NCBI GenBank assembly: GCA_040384445.1
Contig: JAZKJG010000002.1
Location: forward strand, 160,823-224,822
From: Patescibacteria group bacterium
GTDB lineage: Bacteria; Patescibacteriota; Minisyncoccia; Phycocordibacterales; CAIZLB01
Length of the DNA stretch: 64,000 nt
Reading direction: 5' to 3'
A program made the position numbers and the translations under genes. The notes below the pieces were generated by a model, which was given only the letters and a program-made list of their open reading frames with translations, ran no database searches and had not been told where the DNA came from. Shown here one piece after another: positions 28,566-38,795 of this stretch; position 1 is the first letter of the stretch; each line of letters opens with the position of its first letter.

Positions 28566-30569
28566 ATGTATATATCTTACAACTGGCTTAAGTCATATAT
28601 GAAAAATGCAGATACAGCAATGCCGACACCCGAGACTGTGTCTGATCTTTTTACAATGAGAGCTTTTGAAGTTGAAAGTATGGAAGAACAAGATGGAGAT
28701 GTTGTATATGATATTAAACTCACCGCAGATCGATCTCCGTATGCAAGAGGGATTCGATATATTGCACTTGAATTATCGCTCTTAGTACCTGAGCTTATTT
28801 TTGATCCAAAGTTTACTCCATTTACAAAAACAAACATAGATACAACGACAGTTAAAACAGAAGTACACAGTGCACTTGTTGATAAACATGCTACAGCTCT
28901 TTGTCCAATGTACTCACTTACAAAAATTGAGAATGTTCACAATGGCGTATCACCAAGTTCTGTAATCGAAAAATTAAAAGCGCTTGGACAGCAGAGTAGG
29001 GGAACGATAGTGGATCTTACAAATCTAGTAATGTATGACACAGGACAACCGTTACATGCATTTGATGCAGATAAAGTAGAGGGAGATGTACTGGTGGCAG
29101 TTCTTGATGTGGATACAGAAGTAAGTATTCTCGGAGGAAAAAAAGTATCTCTTAAAAAGGGAATGCTTGTGATACGAGATGATAAAGATATTTTAGCTAT
29201 TGCAGGGGTGAAAGGGTGTGTAAAAGCAGAAGTGGCAGCTGATACAAAAAATATATTTCTTGAGTCTGCAACATTTGAAAGGGTAGGGGTTCGAAAAACT
29301 TCTCGAGCGCTTGATATTATAAATGATTCATCTAAATGTTTTGAGCAGGGCGTGTCAGGGGAAAGATTTTTACTCGGAGTGGAAACATATATTGAGCATA
29401 TTAAAAATGTATTTCCAGATGCAAAAGTTCAGACTACGCAAGTTTCAACAGATGTTGATGCTGCTATTTCTTCTGTAAAATTGAACACTATTCTGGTGAG
29501 TGTTGAAAAAATGGCTAAGCTTGTAAATCCAGAAGATAAAGCTTTGGAGCAAGAGTTTAAAAACTTCTTAGAACAAACATTACCAAAAACTGGAGCGGTT
29601 GTAGAGAAAAAAAGTATGGATGAGTATGTTATTACAGCACCACTATATAGAACAGATCTCCAAACTGAAGCAGATGTTGTGGATGAATTTATACGAAATG
29701 TTGGGTATGAGATTATTACGTATAAAAAAACAGAAGAAGGTGGAGAAACAGAGCAAGGGAGAAAATATGTAGTCCTAAAAGCCATCCGAAAGTTTTTAAC
29801 AGAAAAAGGCTTTACAGAAGTATTGCTTCACACACTTGTAGATAACAACAAGAACCCAGATGCTGTACTTCTTGAAAATGCGTTAACATCAGAGAGAAAT
29901 GCACTCCGAGCTTTTCTTGCTCCAGAGATGGAACATGCAATTGTAAAAAATTTTCCATATTTAGATATTGTTGAAAAAACTTCAGTAAATCTTTTTGAGA
30001 TTGGATATGTGTATGAGGTTGTTAAAAACTCAATCAAACAAAAATTACATCTCGCACTAGGGATAGGGATGCCTAAGCAGCTAAAGAAAAAAGGCAATAC
30101 TGAATCTCTCACAGAAATCACTCATGAATTATTTCTAGGACTAAACTCTGTAAAAAATAGAGATACAGAAACGGTATATATTACTGAAGTTGATATTACA
30201 GACTTTGTTGAAACTTCAGATTTGAAAGTAAATGAAACAAAAAAAGAGTATCTTTCACCGAACGCGCGAATCAAATCATTTCCATATAAAAAAGCATCTG
30301 TATATCCAAGTATGAGCAGAGATATAGCTTTCTTTGTTGAAGGAGGGGATAAGGCTGATGTTGATCAAAGTATTCGGACATTTGCTAAACAAGATGGTCT
30401 TATTGAAACTATTACGTTGTTCGATGAATTTACAAAAGAAGATAAAACATCATATGGATATCGGTTCGTATTCCAGTCGTATGAGAAGACGTTAACGGAG
30501 GAAGAGGTCTCAAAAAGCATGCAACAAATAGCAGAATCTGTGACAGAAAAAGGCTGGATAGTTCGGTAG
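28566..30569 (+). CDS. pheT: phenylalanyl-tRNA synthetase beta subunit (shortened)
   Basis: N-terminus SYNWLKSY, and B3/4 and B5 regions. 667 aa, shorter than typical PheT. Confidence 0.8.
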   Translation: MYISYNWLKSYMKNADTAMPTPETVSDLFTMRAFEVESMEEQDGDVVYDIKLTADRSPYARGIRYIALELSLLVPELIFDPKFTPFTKTNIDTTTVKTEVHSALVDKHATALCPMYSLTKIENVHNGVSPSSVIEKLKALGQQSRGTIVDLTNLVMYDTGQPLHAFDADKVEGDVLVAVLDVDTEVSILGGKKVSLKKGMLVIRDDKDILAIAGVKGCVKAEVAADTKNIFLESATFERVGVRKTSRALDIINDSSKCFEQGVSGERFLLGVETYIEHIKNVFPDAKVQTTQVSTDVDAAISSVKLNTILVSVEKMAKLVNPEDKALEQEFKNFLEQTLPKTGAVVEKKSMDEYVITAPLYRTDLQTEADVVDEFIRNVGYEIITYKKTEEGGETEQGRKYVVLKAIRKFLTEKGFTEVLLHTLVDNNKNPDAVLLENALTSERNALRAFLAPEMEHAIVKNFPYLDIVEKTSVNLFEIGYVYEVVKNSIKQKLHLALGIGMPKQLKKKGNTESLTEITHELFLGLNSVKNRDTETVYITEVDITDFVETSDLKVNETKKEYLSPNARIKSFPYKKASVYPSMSRDIAFFVEGGDKADVDQSIRTFAKQDGLIETITLFDEFTKEDKTSYGYRFVFQSYEKTLTEEEVSKSMQQIAESVTEKGWIVR

Positions 30570-30649
30570 AAAATAAGACAAATCACCCCACAAAACCACT
30601 TAAAATCCATAGCATGAGCTGTGGGTTTTCTGCTATACTATAGTCCATT

Positions 30650-32758
30650 ATGGCAGAAAAAAAACCAGCTAAATCAACCTATGACGCAAGTGCTATTCAA
30701 GTATTAGAGGGGTTAGAGCCAGTACGAAAACGACCAGGAATGTACATTGGTACAACAGGACCAGACGGTCTACATCATCTTATAAATGAGATTTTTGATA
30801 ACTCACGAGATGAGGCCATGGGTGGATTTGCTGATCGAGTGGAAGTGGCTCTTCTTCCTGGAGGATATGTTCGAGTGGTGGATAACGGAAGAGGTATTCC
30901 TACAGGTATTCATCCTAAAACAAAAGTGTCTGCGCTTGAGACAACGATGACAGTTCTGCATGCTGGAGGAAAGTTTGGAGGAGAAGGGTATAAAGTGTCT
31001 GGAGGTTTGCATGGAGTAGGGGCATCTGTTGTAAACGCACTCTCAGTACACACCATGGTTACTGTACATCAAGATGGAGGAAAGTTTTTCCAAGAATATG
31101 AGATCGGTAAACCAAAAGCGCTCGTAAAAAAAGTTGGTACGTCAAAACTGCATGGAACGATTACAATGTGGAAAGCGGATGACACTATCTTCAAAGATGG
31201 TATCAACTATGACTGGACAAAGATTATGTCGCATCTACGACAGCAGGCATACCTTGTAAAAGGACTAAAGATTCATGTGATAGACCTACGAGGACTTGAG
31301 ATGACTGATAAGGAGGTTTTAAAAATGACAACAGATGCAGTGTATTTGTATGATGAAAATTTAGTTGCACCGTCAATGAGTTTTTATTTTGAAGGAGGAC
31401 TTCGATCTCTTGTTGCATTTTACAATCAGACTCAGAAAGCAGTACATAAGAATATTTTTTATGTTGAAAAAGATTATGTATCAAGTGACAAGGGGGCAGA
31501 AGGTGTTTCTGTGGCTGTTGAGGTTGCTCTGCAGTATGTTGATGACATCAGTAGTCGACTTGTTCCATTCGCGAACAATATCTATAACCCAGAAGGAGGA
31601 ACACATATCACAGGTTTTAAAACTGCTCTTACCCGAACTCTTAACACATACGCAAAGAAAAATAATATCGTTAAGGATGATGAGTCGTTTACAGGAGACG
31701 ATGTTCTTGAAGGTTTGTGTGGTGTTGTTTCTGTAAAACTCCAGGAGATTCAGTTTGAAGGACAGACAAAAGCAAAGCTAGGATCAACAGAAGCTCAGTC
31801 AGCAGTGAGTTCAGTGTTCGGTGAGGCGTTCTCTTCATTCCTAGAAGAAAATCCTGATGATGCAAAAGCTATTATAAATAAAGCGATACTTGCTGTGCGA
31901 GCTCGAAAGGCTGCTAAGGCTGCCAAGGATTCAATCATGCGAAAGGGTGCACTCGAAGGTATGACACTTCCTGGAAAGCTTGCAGATTGTCAGAGTAGAA
32001 AAGCAGAGGAGTCAGAACTCTTTATTGTGGAGGGAGACTCAGCGGGAGGTACTGCTGTTATGGGACGAGACCGAAAGACTCAAGCTGTTCTACCACTTCG
32101 AGGAAAGATTTTGAACATCGAGCGAGCACGACTGGATAAAATCCTTGCTTCAGAACAAGTACGAAATCTCGTAGTGGCACTAGGAACTGCTATTGGAGAT
32201 ATTTTTGATATTACAAAACTTCGATATCATAAAGTGATTATTGCAACTGATGCCGACGTTGACGGGGCCCATATTCGAACACTTATCTTAACTCTTTTGT
32301 ATCGATACTTCAGACCGCTTATTGAAGGTGGATTTATTTATATTGCACAACCGCCGCTCTATAAGATTACACACAACAAAAAGATTGTATACGTGTATTC
32401 TGATGATGAAAAAGCTATCCATATGAAAGCACTTGGGTTTGGTGAAGAGGAAGAAGAGGTTATAAACGAAGATGGAGAAGGTGAGGAGGTGGCACCTGTA
32501 GAAGAAACAGAAGAAGAGGATACAAAAGCTGCATCTAAAAAGCGACCAAGTATTCAGCGATATAAAGGTCTTGGAGAAATGAACGCAGAAGAACTTGGAG
32601 AAACTACTATGGATGTTACAAAGCGAGTTCTCAAGCAAGTGAATATTCTAGATGCTGTAGAAGCAGATAGGGTGATCGATGTTTTGATGGGAACTGATGT
32701 AGCTTCTCGAAAGAGTTTCATTCAGACAAATGCTCGCACTGCTCGGTTGGATGTGTAA
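30650..32758 (+). CDS. gyrB: DNA gyrase subunit B
   Basis: GHKL ATPase motifs (INEIFDNSRDEAMGG; GLHGVG), TOPRIM region (IVEGDSAGG) and C-terminal QRYKGLGEMN. A ~40-aa acidic insertion (EEEEEVINEDGEGEEVAPVEETEEED) precedes QRYKGLGEM. Confidence 0.9.
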   Translation: MAEKKPAKSTYDASAIQVLEGLEPVRKRPGMYIGTTGPDGLHHLINEIFDNSRDEAMGGFADRVEVALLPGGYVRVVDNGRGIPTGIHPKTKVSALETTMTVLHAGGKFGGEGYKVSGGLHGVGASVVNALSVHTMVTVHQDGGKFFQEYEIGKPKALVKKVGTSKLHGTITMWKADDTIFKDGINYDWTKIMSHLRQQAYLVKGLKIHVIDLRGLEMTDKEVLKMTTDAVYLYDENLVAPSMSFYFEGGLRSLVAFYNQTQKAVHKNIFYVEKDYVSSDKGAEGVSVAVEVALQYVDDISSRLVPFANNIYNPEGGTHITGFKTALTRTLNTYAKKNNIVKDDESFTGDDVLEGLCGVVSVKLQEIQFEGQTKAKLGSTEAQSAVSSVFGEAFSSFLEENPDDAKAIINKAILAVRARKAAKAAKDSIMRKGALEGMTLPGKLADCQSRKAEESELFIVEGDSAGGTAVMGRDRKTQAVLPLRGKILNIERARLDKILASEQVRNLVVALGTAIGDIFDITKLRYHKVIIATDADVDGAHIRTLILTLLYRYFRPLIEGGFIYIAQPPLYKITHNKKIVYVYSDDEKAIHMKALGFGEEEEEVINEDGEGEEVAPVEETEEEDTKAASKKRPSIQRYKGLGEMNAEELGETTMDVTKRVLKQVNILDAVEADRVIDVLMGTDVASRKSFIQTNARTARLDV

Positions 32759-32783
32759 GATTCTAAATGGTATACTTTTGTAT

Positions 32784-35504
32784 ATGAAAAAAAATATATT
32801 TGGTTTTCTTGCATTAGTGTTTTGCTTAAATCTAATCCCAAGTACAGTTATTGCAAGCCCTTTAATTTTTTTACCTGAACAGGTGCTGTTTGGAACAAGT
32901 GCAACATATAGTGCTGGTCAAGTTGAGAATATGACCTTTGTCGATAGTACGCAATCATCAGGCAAAAGACAAAATATCGAATACGGAATCGCACAGACTT
33001 TTACAGAAGGGTTGATTACGTCTTATGAGATTATTACAACAAAGGAAGCTGATATTTCCGGATTTGATGCTATTCCAGGACTAACTGTTGAAATTCCAAA
33101 TGTGATTGCTTCACAAGGAACAAGTAGCCCTAAGACATATGTTGCGTACATAAAGTTTTTAGAGAAAAATAACCAAGATAACGCAAGTTTCTATGCCTCT
33201 AAGGAGTTTTCAATTACTCCAAACAACACTCCGTATACAACTGTTAAAAATGTGAACCTTCTGATGTCAAACGGGGATCGTTTTTTTACAATCCACGGCC
33301 CTTCTATTTACATCCCAGAAGAAGCTGCTGCAGATCAAAATATCTCTTCATCAACATCGCTAGAGATTACATTTGAGTCAAATGTGGAAACTGTTTTAAA
33401 TCCTAAGATTATATTTACAAAATTAAGATCAAACAGTTTTAAAGAAGAATTTGTTCCTGCACCAATCACGATTAAAAAGGGTTTAAACTATATTGTAATA
33501 CCATTGCCTGTATTTGGATATGAACCAGGGGTGTACACAGGTCAAATGGTCATTGATTCGAAAACTCTGAAAAATACAGTTGATCTGCAGTATATTGTTT
33601 CAGGAGAATCAGTAACAGTTGGTTCTCCAGTATTGGTTACAAAAGACTCTAAAGAGCATATTAGTTTTGACATATTTAGTACACCAATTGATCTTGATCG
33701 AGAAGCTGACCTGGTTAATACTTCGGCTCTTCCTACTGCTTCTTCTACATCTACTCCTGTATTGTATTCAACAACAATTGAACTCCTTGATAAAGATAAA
33801 AATGTTTTAAGTACAATTACTCAAGACGTAGATTTCATGCAGGAAAGGTTTTCAGTAGAAATCCCGGTTGCTAAATTTAAAAAACTAGACATAGAATATA
33901 CTCACATCAAAGTTACTTCACCAAGGACAGGGAAGGTGGTATACGAAGGAACAAAAGATTTTACATACTCGTCACTACCTGAAATAAATCTATATGAAAT
34001 AGGATTCGTTGTACTGTATATATTGTTTTTGATTGCTGTTCTGTTTTTTGCTTTCAAAAGAGATCTAAAAAAAGCAATAGCATTTGGTGTTCTTATTGGT
34101 ATATTATTTATATCTAAATCAGCCTTCGGAGTAGTGACTCAGGGGTTGTACCCATTAGATAGTACGGTAGTTAATAAACAAGCTACTGCATCTCAGCTGT
34201 TGAATGTGACAAAAAATCCAGACGAGCACTATCCCAAATTCTATTTCCAAGATGATGTTGTAAATAAGACATATACATGTGGTATGCCTAAAACTATAAC
34301 TTTTACTGTTCGGTACATCATGTGTTCAAACGCTACTCCGATACTTAAGGTCGGGGCATCAATGAGTGACTTGAATGCAGCCGAAGCTGCTAAAAGTGAT
34401 ATTGGATTAGCCTCTGCGCAAGAAGGTGTCGGTTCGGTTGGGGTACACTCGTACTATAGAAGACTTTCTGAATTTCGTACCGCAACAGTACCTGCATCTC
34501 AGTCAGGAACACAGTATCTATACCTCTATGTGTATCATAAGGCTAGTGCGGCGACAAATGAAATCTACCGTGGATATAGTTACAATGCAGTACCTGTAAC
34601 AACAGGATCTTGTTCTGCTTGTACAAACGCACCAGAAACTTCAAATGTACCCAACTTTAAAGTACATGGAAGAAATTATTATTACTCTTCAATAGATCAA
34701 AAACTATACTATAGAGAAGCACCAGCAGGTGCAAACATGTCTACTCCTGACGCGTGCGGAATAGATTTATGTGCAGACACTTCAGATATTGAAACAGATT
34801 TCCCAGCTGGAAAAGTTTGGAGTCCACAACCCCCTACAAACTCAACTGACCCAAACAGATATGCTTGCGTTGGAATGAGCATTACATGTGCATGCCAAGG
34901 GAGAAATAGAGTATGTACAAATTCAACGATGGGTACAACATCAACTGATATAAACCATTCATCATGTCTACTTAGAGCATACTGCAGTGTTTCTTACTTT
35001 GGCACAAACTCGGGAACTGTAACATTTGATGCCTATAACAAATTAGGTTCACTTGCATTTGATCCAGATGAAAATCCTGTAATTCGAGAGTCTATTGCAA
35101 TAGGTAATGAATTAATTACGCGAAATGTAATTGACACATTTGATGGTAGAGACGCTGAAGCTTCATGTTTACTTGAGTACGGTGGGGGAATATTACATGG
35201 AAACACTGGTTCTTCAACTATTATAAAATTCTATGCGGACCCAAAAGTAGTGGACTCAGGAAGAATGTGTCACTTTGGGTGGCAAACCAACAACATGGAA
35301 TCATGTTCAATTAATAGTGTTAATTACGCTACAAACACATTTCCTGGAGACCCAGAATCATACTCAGTAGGAACATTGGGAGAAAGGAATCGTACAGTAA
35401 CACTCAGTTGTTACGGTGTTGTGGATCCTGATATTGGAGGACCTGCTCCATTGATAGCAACAACAACAACTTGTTTCGTAAATCCTAAGATTCAAGAGAA
35501 CTAG
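32784..35504 (+). CDS. large surface/membrane protein with signal peptide, central TM helix and Cys-rich C-terminal half
   Basis: ORF 32730-35504. The probable start is MKKNIFGFLALVFCL at 32784. There is a TM near aa 425-445 (FVVLYILFLIAVLFFAF). The C-terminal ~470 aa contain many Cys residues. No family motif. Confidence 0.45.
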   Translation: MKKNIFGFLALVFCLNLIPSTVIASPLIFLPEQVLFGTSATYSAGQVENMTFVDSTQSSGKRQNIEYGIAQTFTEGLITSYEIITTKEADISGFDAIPGLTVEIPNVIASQGTSSPKTYVAYIKFLEKNNQDNASFYASKEFSITPNNTPYTTVKNVNLLMSNGDRFFTIHGPSIYIPEEAAADQNISSSTSLEITFESNVETVLNPKIIFTKLRSNSFKEEFVPAPITIKKGLNYIVIPLPVFGYEPGVYTGQMVIDSKTLKNTVDLQYIVSGESVTVGSPVLVTKDSKEHISFDIFSTPIDLDREADLVNTSALPTASSTSTPVLYSTTIELLDKDKNVLSTITQDVDFMQERFSVEIPVAKFKKLDIEYTHIKVTSPRTGKVVYEGTKDFTYSSLPEINLYEIGFVVLYILFLIAVLFFAFKRDLKKAIAFGVLIGILFISKSAFGVVTQGLYPLDSTVVNKQATASQLLNVTKNPDEHYPKFYFQDDVVNKTYTCGMPKTITFTVRYIMCSNATPILKVGASMSDLNAAEAAKSDIGLASAQEGVGSVGVHSYYRRLSEFRTATVPASQSGTQYLYLYVYHKASAATNEIYRGYSYNAVPVTTGSCSACTNAPETSNVPNFKVHGRNYYYSSIDQKLYYREAPAGANMSTPDACGIDLCADTSDIETDFPAGKVWSPQPPTNSTDPNRYACVGMSITCACQGRNRVCTNSTMGTTSTDINHSSCLLRAYCSVSYFGTNSGTVTFDAYNKLGSLAFDPDENPVIRESIAIGNELITRNVIDTFDGRDAEASCLLEYGGGILHGNTGSSTIIKFYADPKVVDSGRMCHFGWQTNNMESCSINSVNYATNTFPGDPESYSVGTLGERNRTVTLSCYGVVDPDIGGPAPLIATTTTCFVNPKIQEN

Positions 35505-35650
35505 CCTCCTGTTGATGGGGTGTGGATAAGTTGACAAAACTACATATTGTATAGTATGATATCTGTATCAGAAGCACAAGATCTTTAACACTTGTTTCTA
35601 CACTCTGTAGAGCTCTGTTAAATGGTCCCATGTTTTGAACCCTCACCACG

Positions 35651-36679
35651 ATGAAAACTCTTCGATTCTTGGCAGTGGTCTTAACAGCCATTGCTTTGCT
35701 GTCTTTTTTCTCTAACACATCCGAGGCTTCAGGTCTTGTGGATGTAAACTACGCCACTCTTAATATTGTCACTGCGTCAGACTCTACAGAACAACAAACA
35801 GGATTAGGGAAAACGGTCTTTGTACCGATTGAAACCTTTCTTGTTGATACTGCCCGAGTGAAAATCAGTTTTGAATTGTACCGCTCGGACAGTGTCCAGA
35901 CATACAACATGGATCGCCTGAATATTCTGAACTTCAACCCTACTTGTAGGGTTGTGCAAAACAATGATCCTGATCAGTGGATTTCAAGTATCAGCGGGTT
36001 TGTAAATTTTGCAACTGCCGGTGCTATGTATACTGACCTCAGTACGTCACCTGAAGTAAATCAAGGGATGTTCATTTGCCCCTTGGATTCCAGTGGTCAT
36101 ATAGTTGCATCCTTAGTTGGAACTCGTATCAATGATCCTAACCCTCATCTGATGAATAGTGGTGCGTACAAAGTTCACTCGAATGCCAGTATGACTGTGC
36201 ATAAAGTGAAAGTTGTAAACATGCCGCTTATTTTCAGGGATGGGGTTGGGGCACAAATCATGCGCGATCTAAAAACTTCGTATCCTAATCGCCCCCTCAG
36301 TCTGTTGTTGGATGTCAACATTATAGTCAACCTTGCACTCAATCCATACGAAGGTTGTATGTACTCACCAAGCCTTAGGCGAACATCAAGCCTTTGTTGG
36401 CTTCACTTCGACGGGAGGCTTATACCAGAAGGAGACTTCCAGCTGGCGATCACATCGCCCAACTCCGTTATTGTCCCAGCCGGCTGCTTCAGTTGGCTGG
36501 ACCTCTACCACTCTCCATCGCCCGGAGAGATCGGTACCAAGGTGAACTTGCATTCCTGCAACATCATGTCCTACGGTCCGCAGACCATCAGTCCGCCGAC
36601 CATGGGAACCAACATGGTTTCAGGAATCCAAACACCTCATGCGAAGGGTTTCTACACCCTTCGCACTCGGATCGAATAA
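35651..36679 (+). CDS. secreted hypothetical protein with GC-rich 3' third
   Basis: Signal peptide (MKTLRFLAVVLTAIALLSFFSNTSEA). By eye the last ~320 nt (about 36360-36680) are ~55% GC, against ~36% genome-wide. A putative sigma-70 promoter (TTGACA...TATGAT) lies at 35531-35563. Confidence 0.5.
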   Translation: MKTLRFLAVVLTAIALLSFFSNTSEASGLVDVNYATLNIVTASDSTEQQTGLGKTVFVPIETFLVDTARVKISFELYRSDSVQTYNMDRLNILNFNPTCRVVQNNDPDQWISSISGFVNFATAGAMYTDLSTSPEVNQGMFICPLDSSGHIVASLVGTRINDPNPHLMNSGAYKVHSNASMTVHKVKVVNMPLIFRDGVGAQIMRDLKTSYPNRPLSLLLDVNIIVNLALNPYEGCMYSPSLRRTSSLCWLHFDGRLIPEGDFQLAITSPNSVIVPAGCFSWLDLYHSPSPGEIGTKVNLHSCNIMSYGPQTISPPTMGTNMVSGIQTPHAKGFYTLRTRIE

Positions 36680-36727
36680 TATCCGAGAATAAAAAAACCT
36701 CTCACTGCTCACGCAGGGGAGGTTTTC
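36666..36727. terminator. two tandem hairpins (CTCGGAT-8nt-ATCCGAG spanning the stop codon, then CCTCTC...GGGAGG + TTTT)
   Basis: Lies between the convergent 35651 (+) and 36745 (-) genes, with A-run and T-run flanks. Confidence 0.5.
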
Positions 36728-36744
36728 TTATTTATATTTATATA

Positions 36745-38055
36745 TTAGTTAACTTGAACTGTTGCGTACTGAGTGTTATCACCTTCATTTGACTCACTTA
36801 CAGCATTTGATGTATCTGCCATAAATGTAATTCGGTTTGTTCCTCGTGTGAGACTATCGATCTCATAGAGGATAGTTGATTCACTTCCTGATGCTAAACC
36901 ATTATCAGATCCTGGGATAAAATCTCGAGTGTATCCATTACTATCAACAAGAGAAATTTTACTTGACCAAGAGTTACTAAAGTAACCACCGTTGTTTCGA
37001 ACTCGTGCTCGAACCGCAAGCTTTTCTCCGTAATTCACATAACTTTGTGAATAGAATGATCCATTAATAACTCGTCCAACTTCAAGAGATACGATAGAAA
37101 GGTTAGGGGAATATGAGTTGTTGTTATTATATCCAGTACTGTAATTGTTATTACAGTTGTAGTTGTAACTATAGTTTCCATTATAATCACAATTATTGTA
37201 GTTATAGTTGTAATTAGTATTGTTATAGTATGTGTTAGAAATGTTTTTAATTTCTACTGCTACTGTGTTGTCACTTTCGTTTGATTCAGCAACTTGATTT
37301 TCTGTATCAAGATAAATTCGAACGATTGGAGTTCCTTGTGAAAGATCAACGCCGCTAAATCGTGCTTCGACACTATATGAACTTCCTCCAGGAATACTGT
37401 TTAGGTTGTTGAGAATTTTTACTTTATCATCGTATTCTCGAGCAGGCATTTCAACTCGCATTGAGTATGATCCAGTTGGAGAATCTTGCTCGTTGAGTAC
37501 TAGGAATCGTACTGAAATTGTATCTTCAGTAGTAAATGTGTTTCTTGCAACAAACTGACCATTTAAAATAACACCCATTGTTGAGTAACTTACTCGTAAG
37601 TTTTTTCGTCCACTCAAAACCGGAGTGGGATTGTAATATGTATATGTTGGAGTTTTTACAACTGGCTTAGCAACAGTTTTTACTGGAGCTTTAGCAGGTG
37701 CATTTTCAAGAATCACAATGTCTCCTTGAGTTGTATATATGCCGTTTAGGCCATTATCTGTAACTGGAGCGGGTTGCGCCACAGGCTGAGTTGGGGTTGT
37801 CGTCGCAATAGTCTCTGTCTTGCCTAGGGAAACAGTGGCTGATGCCAGCTGGTTTATGCCTCGAGGGATAAGTTTAAAGAGGGTAATACTTAAAAAGACC
37901 AAAATAGCGATTGCTATAATGATAACTAGAAAGCGGATGATTGTTCGTAATATTTCCATAATGTTTGTATTATATACATAATATCTATATATGTCAAGGG
38001 TTAAGAGATGTTCTAAGTATGGCAATATAGAGTATATAAAACGATTATATGGCAC
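36745..38055 (-). CDS. membrane-anchored surface protein with CARDB-like domains and Asn/Tyr-rich low-complexity linker
   Basis: N-terminal TM (FLVIIIAIAILVFLSITLF). NYNYNYNNCDYNGNYSYNYNCNNNY stretch. Two CARDB-like segments (ESNESDNTVAVEIKN; ESNEGDNTQYATVQV). Confidence 0.5.
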   Translation of the reverse strand: MPYNRFIYSILPYLEHLLTLDIYRYYVYNTNIMEILRTIIRFLVIIIAIAILVFLSITLFKLIPRGINQLASATVSLGKTETIATTTPTQPVAQPAPVTDNGLNGIYTTQGDIVILENAPAKAPVKTVAKPVVKTPTYTYYNPTPVLSGRKNLRVSYSTMGVILNGQFVARNTFTTEDTISVRFLVLNEQDSPTGSYSMRVEMPAREYDDKVKILNNLNSIPGGSSYSVEARFSGVDLSQGTPIVRIYLDTENQVAESNESDNTVAVEIKNISNTYYNNTNYNYNYNNCDYNGNYSYNYNCNNNYSTGYNNNNSYSPNLSIVSLEVGRVINGSFYSQSYVNYGEKLAVRARVRNNGGYFSNSWSSKISLVDSNGYTRDFIPGSDNGLASGSESTILYEIDSLTRGTNRITFMADTSNAVSESNEGDNTQYATVQVN

Positions 38056-38753
38056 AAGAAATATTCACAAAAGAAGAAATTGCGATAGGTTGGAAGGTGC
38101 TAAAAATAGCGATTGGAATACTTGTGGTTACTGGATTACTTTCAAGCATATTAAGGCTCACGATTGTATATATGACAGAGGGTAAGACTGGGCTAACTAA
38201 CTTTATAGAAGATAAAACTGATGGAAATGGAGCATTGAGTACGCAAGCGAATCTTAAGCAATCGCTAGAAGAAGAAAAAAAAGAAACTATACCTGTTGCG
38301 CCTTTGCCAACAGAAGCACCACAGTATTTGGAAGTACCATCACTTGGTATTAAAACAAAAATCGAATCACCAGAAACTACGAGTGTTGCAGTACTTGATG
38401 CTGCACTTCAAAGATCTGCAGTGTACTACCAAGGTTCAGGAACTCCTGGAAATAGAAACATGTTAATCTTCGGACACAGTACTGGATTTTCAGTTGTTCG
38501 AAATCAAGCGTATAAAGTTTTTAATACAATAAAAACAGCGAAAGCTGGAGAAGTGATTTATGTCCGAACAGCAAGTGGAGTGCATACTTATAAAGTACGA
38601 GAGGTAAAGAGGGTGAGTAAATATAATACATGGATTGATTTTGATAGTACGAAGCCGATGTTAACTCTTGCGACATGTGATAGTTTTGGGAAAGCTTCTG
38701 ACAGATGGGTTTTACAGGCGGATTATGTAGGGTTTACTGCGAAGGGTATATAA
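38049..38753 (+). CDS. sortase family transpeptidase
   Basis: N-terminal TM. Catalytic His (LIFGHS), the TLxTC signature (LTLATCD) and a downstream Arg. Confidence 0.7.
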   Translation: MAQEIFTKEEIAIGWKVLKIAIGILVVTGLLSSILRLTIVYMTEGKTGLTNFIEDKTDGNGALSTQANLKQSLEEEKKETIPVAPLPTEAPQYLEVPSLGIKTKIESPETTSVAVLDAALQRSAVYYQGSGTPGNRNMLIFGHSTGFSVVRNQAYKVFNTIKTAKAGEVIYVRTASGVHTYKVREVKRVSKYNTWIDFDSTKPMLTLATCDSFGKASDRWVLQADYVGFTAKGI

Positions 38754-38788
38754 ATAAAAACACCCCCGACGCTGGTGCGTCGGGGGTG
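38752..38788 (-). terminator. GC-rich hairpin CACCCCCGACGC-tggt-GCGTCGGGGGTG with T-run on the minus strand
   Basis: 12-bp stem. Read on the minus strand it is followed by TTTTTATTTAT. It terminates the 38796-39278 gene. Confidence 0.65.
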
Positions 38789-38795
38789 GTGGTGT

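Noticed and set aside
36333-36792. ORFs 36333-36545 and 36394-36792 inside the GC-rich 3' end of the secreted-protein gene
   Set aside because: They are by-products of the local GC increase (few stop codons). They overlap the signal-peptide-containing frame that runs continuously from 35651.
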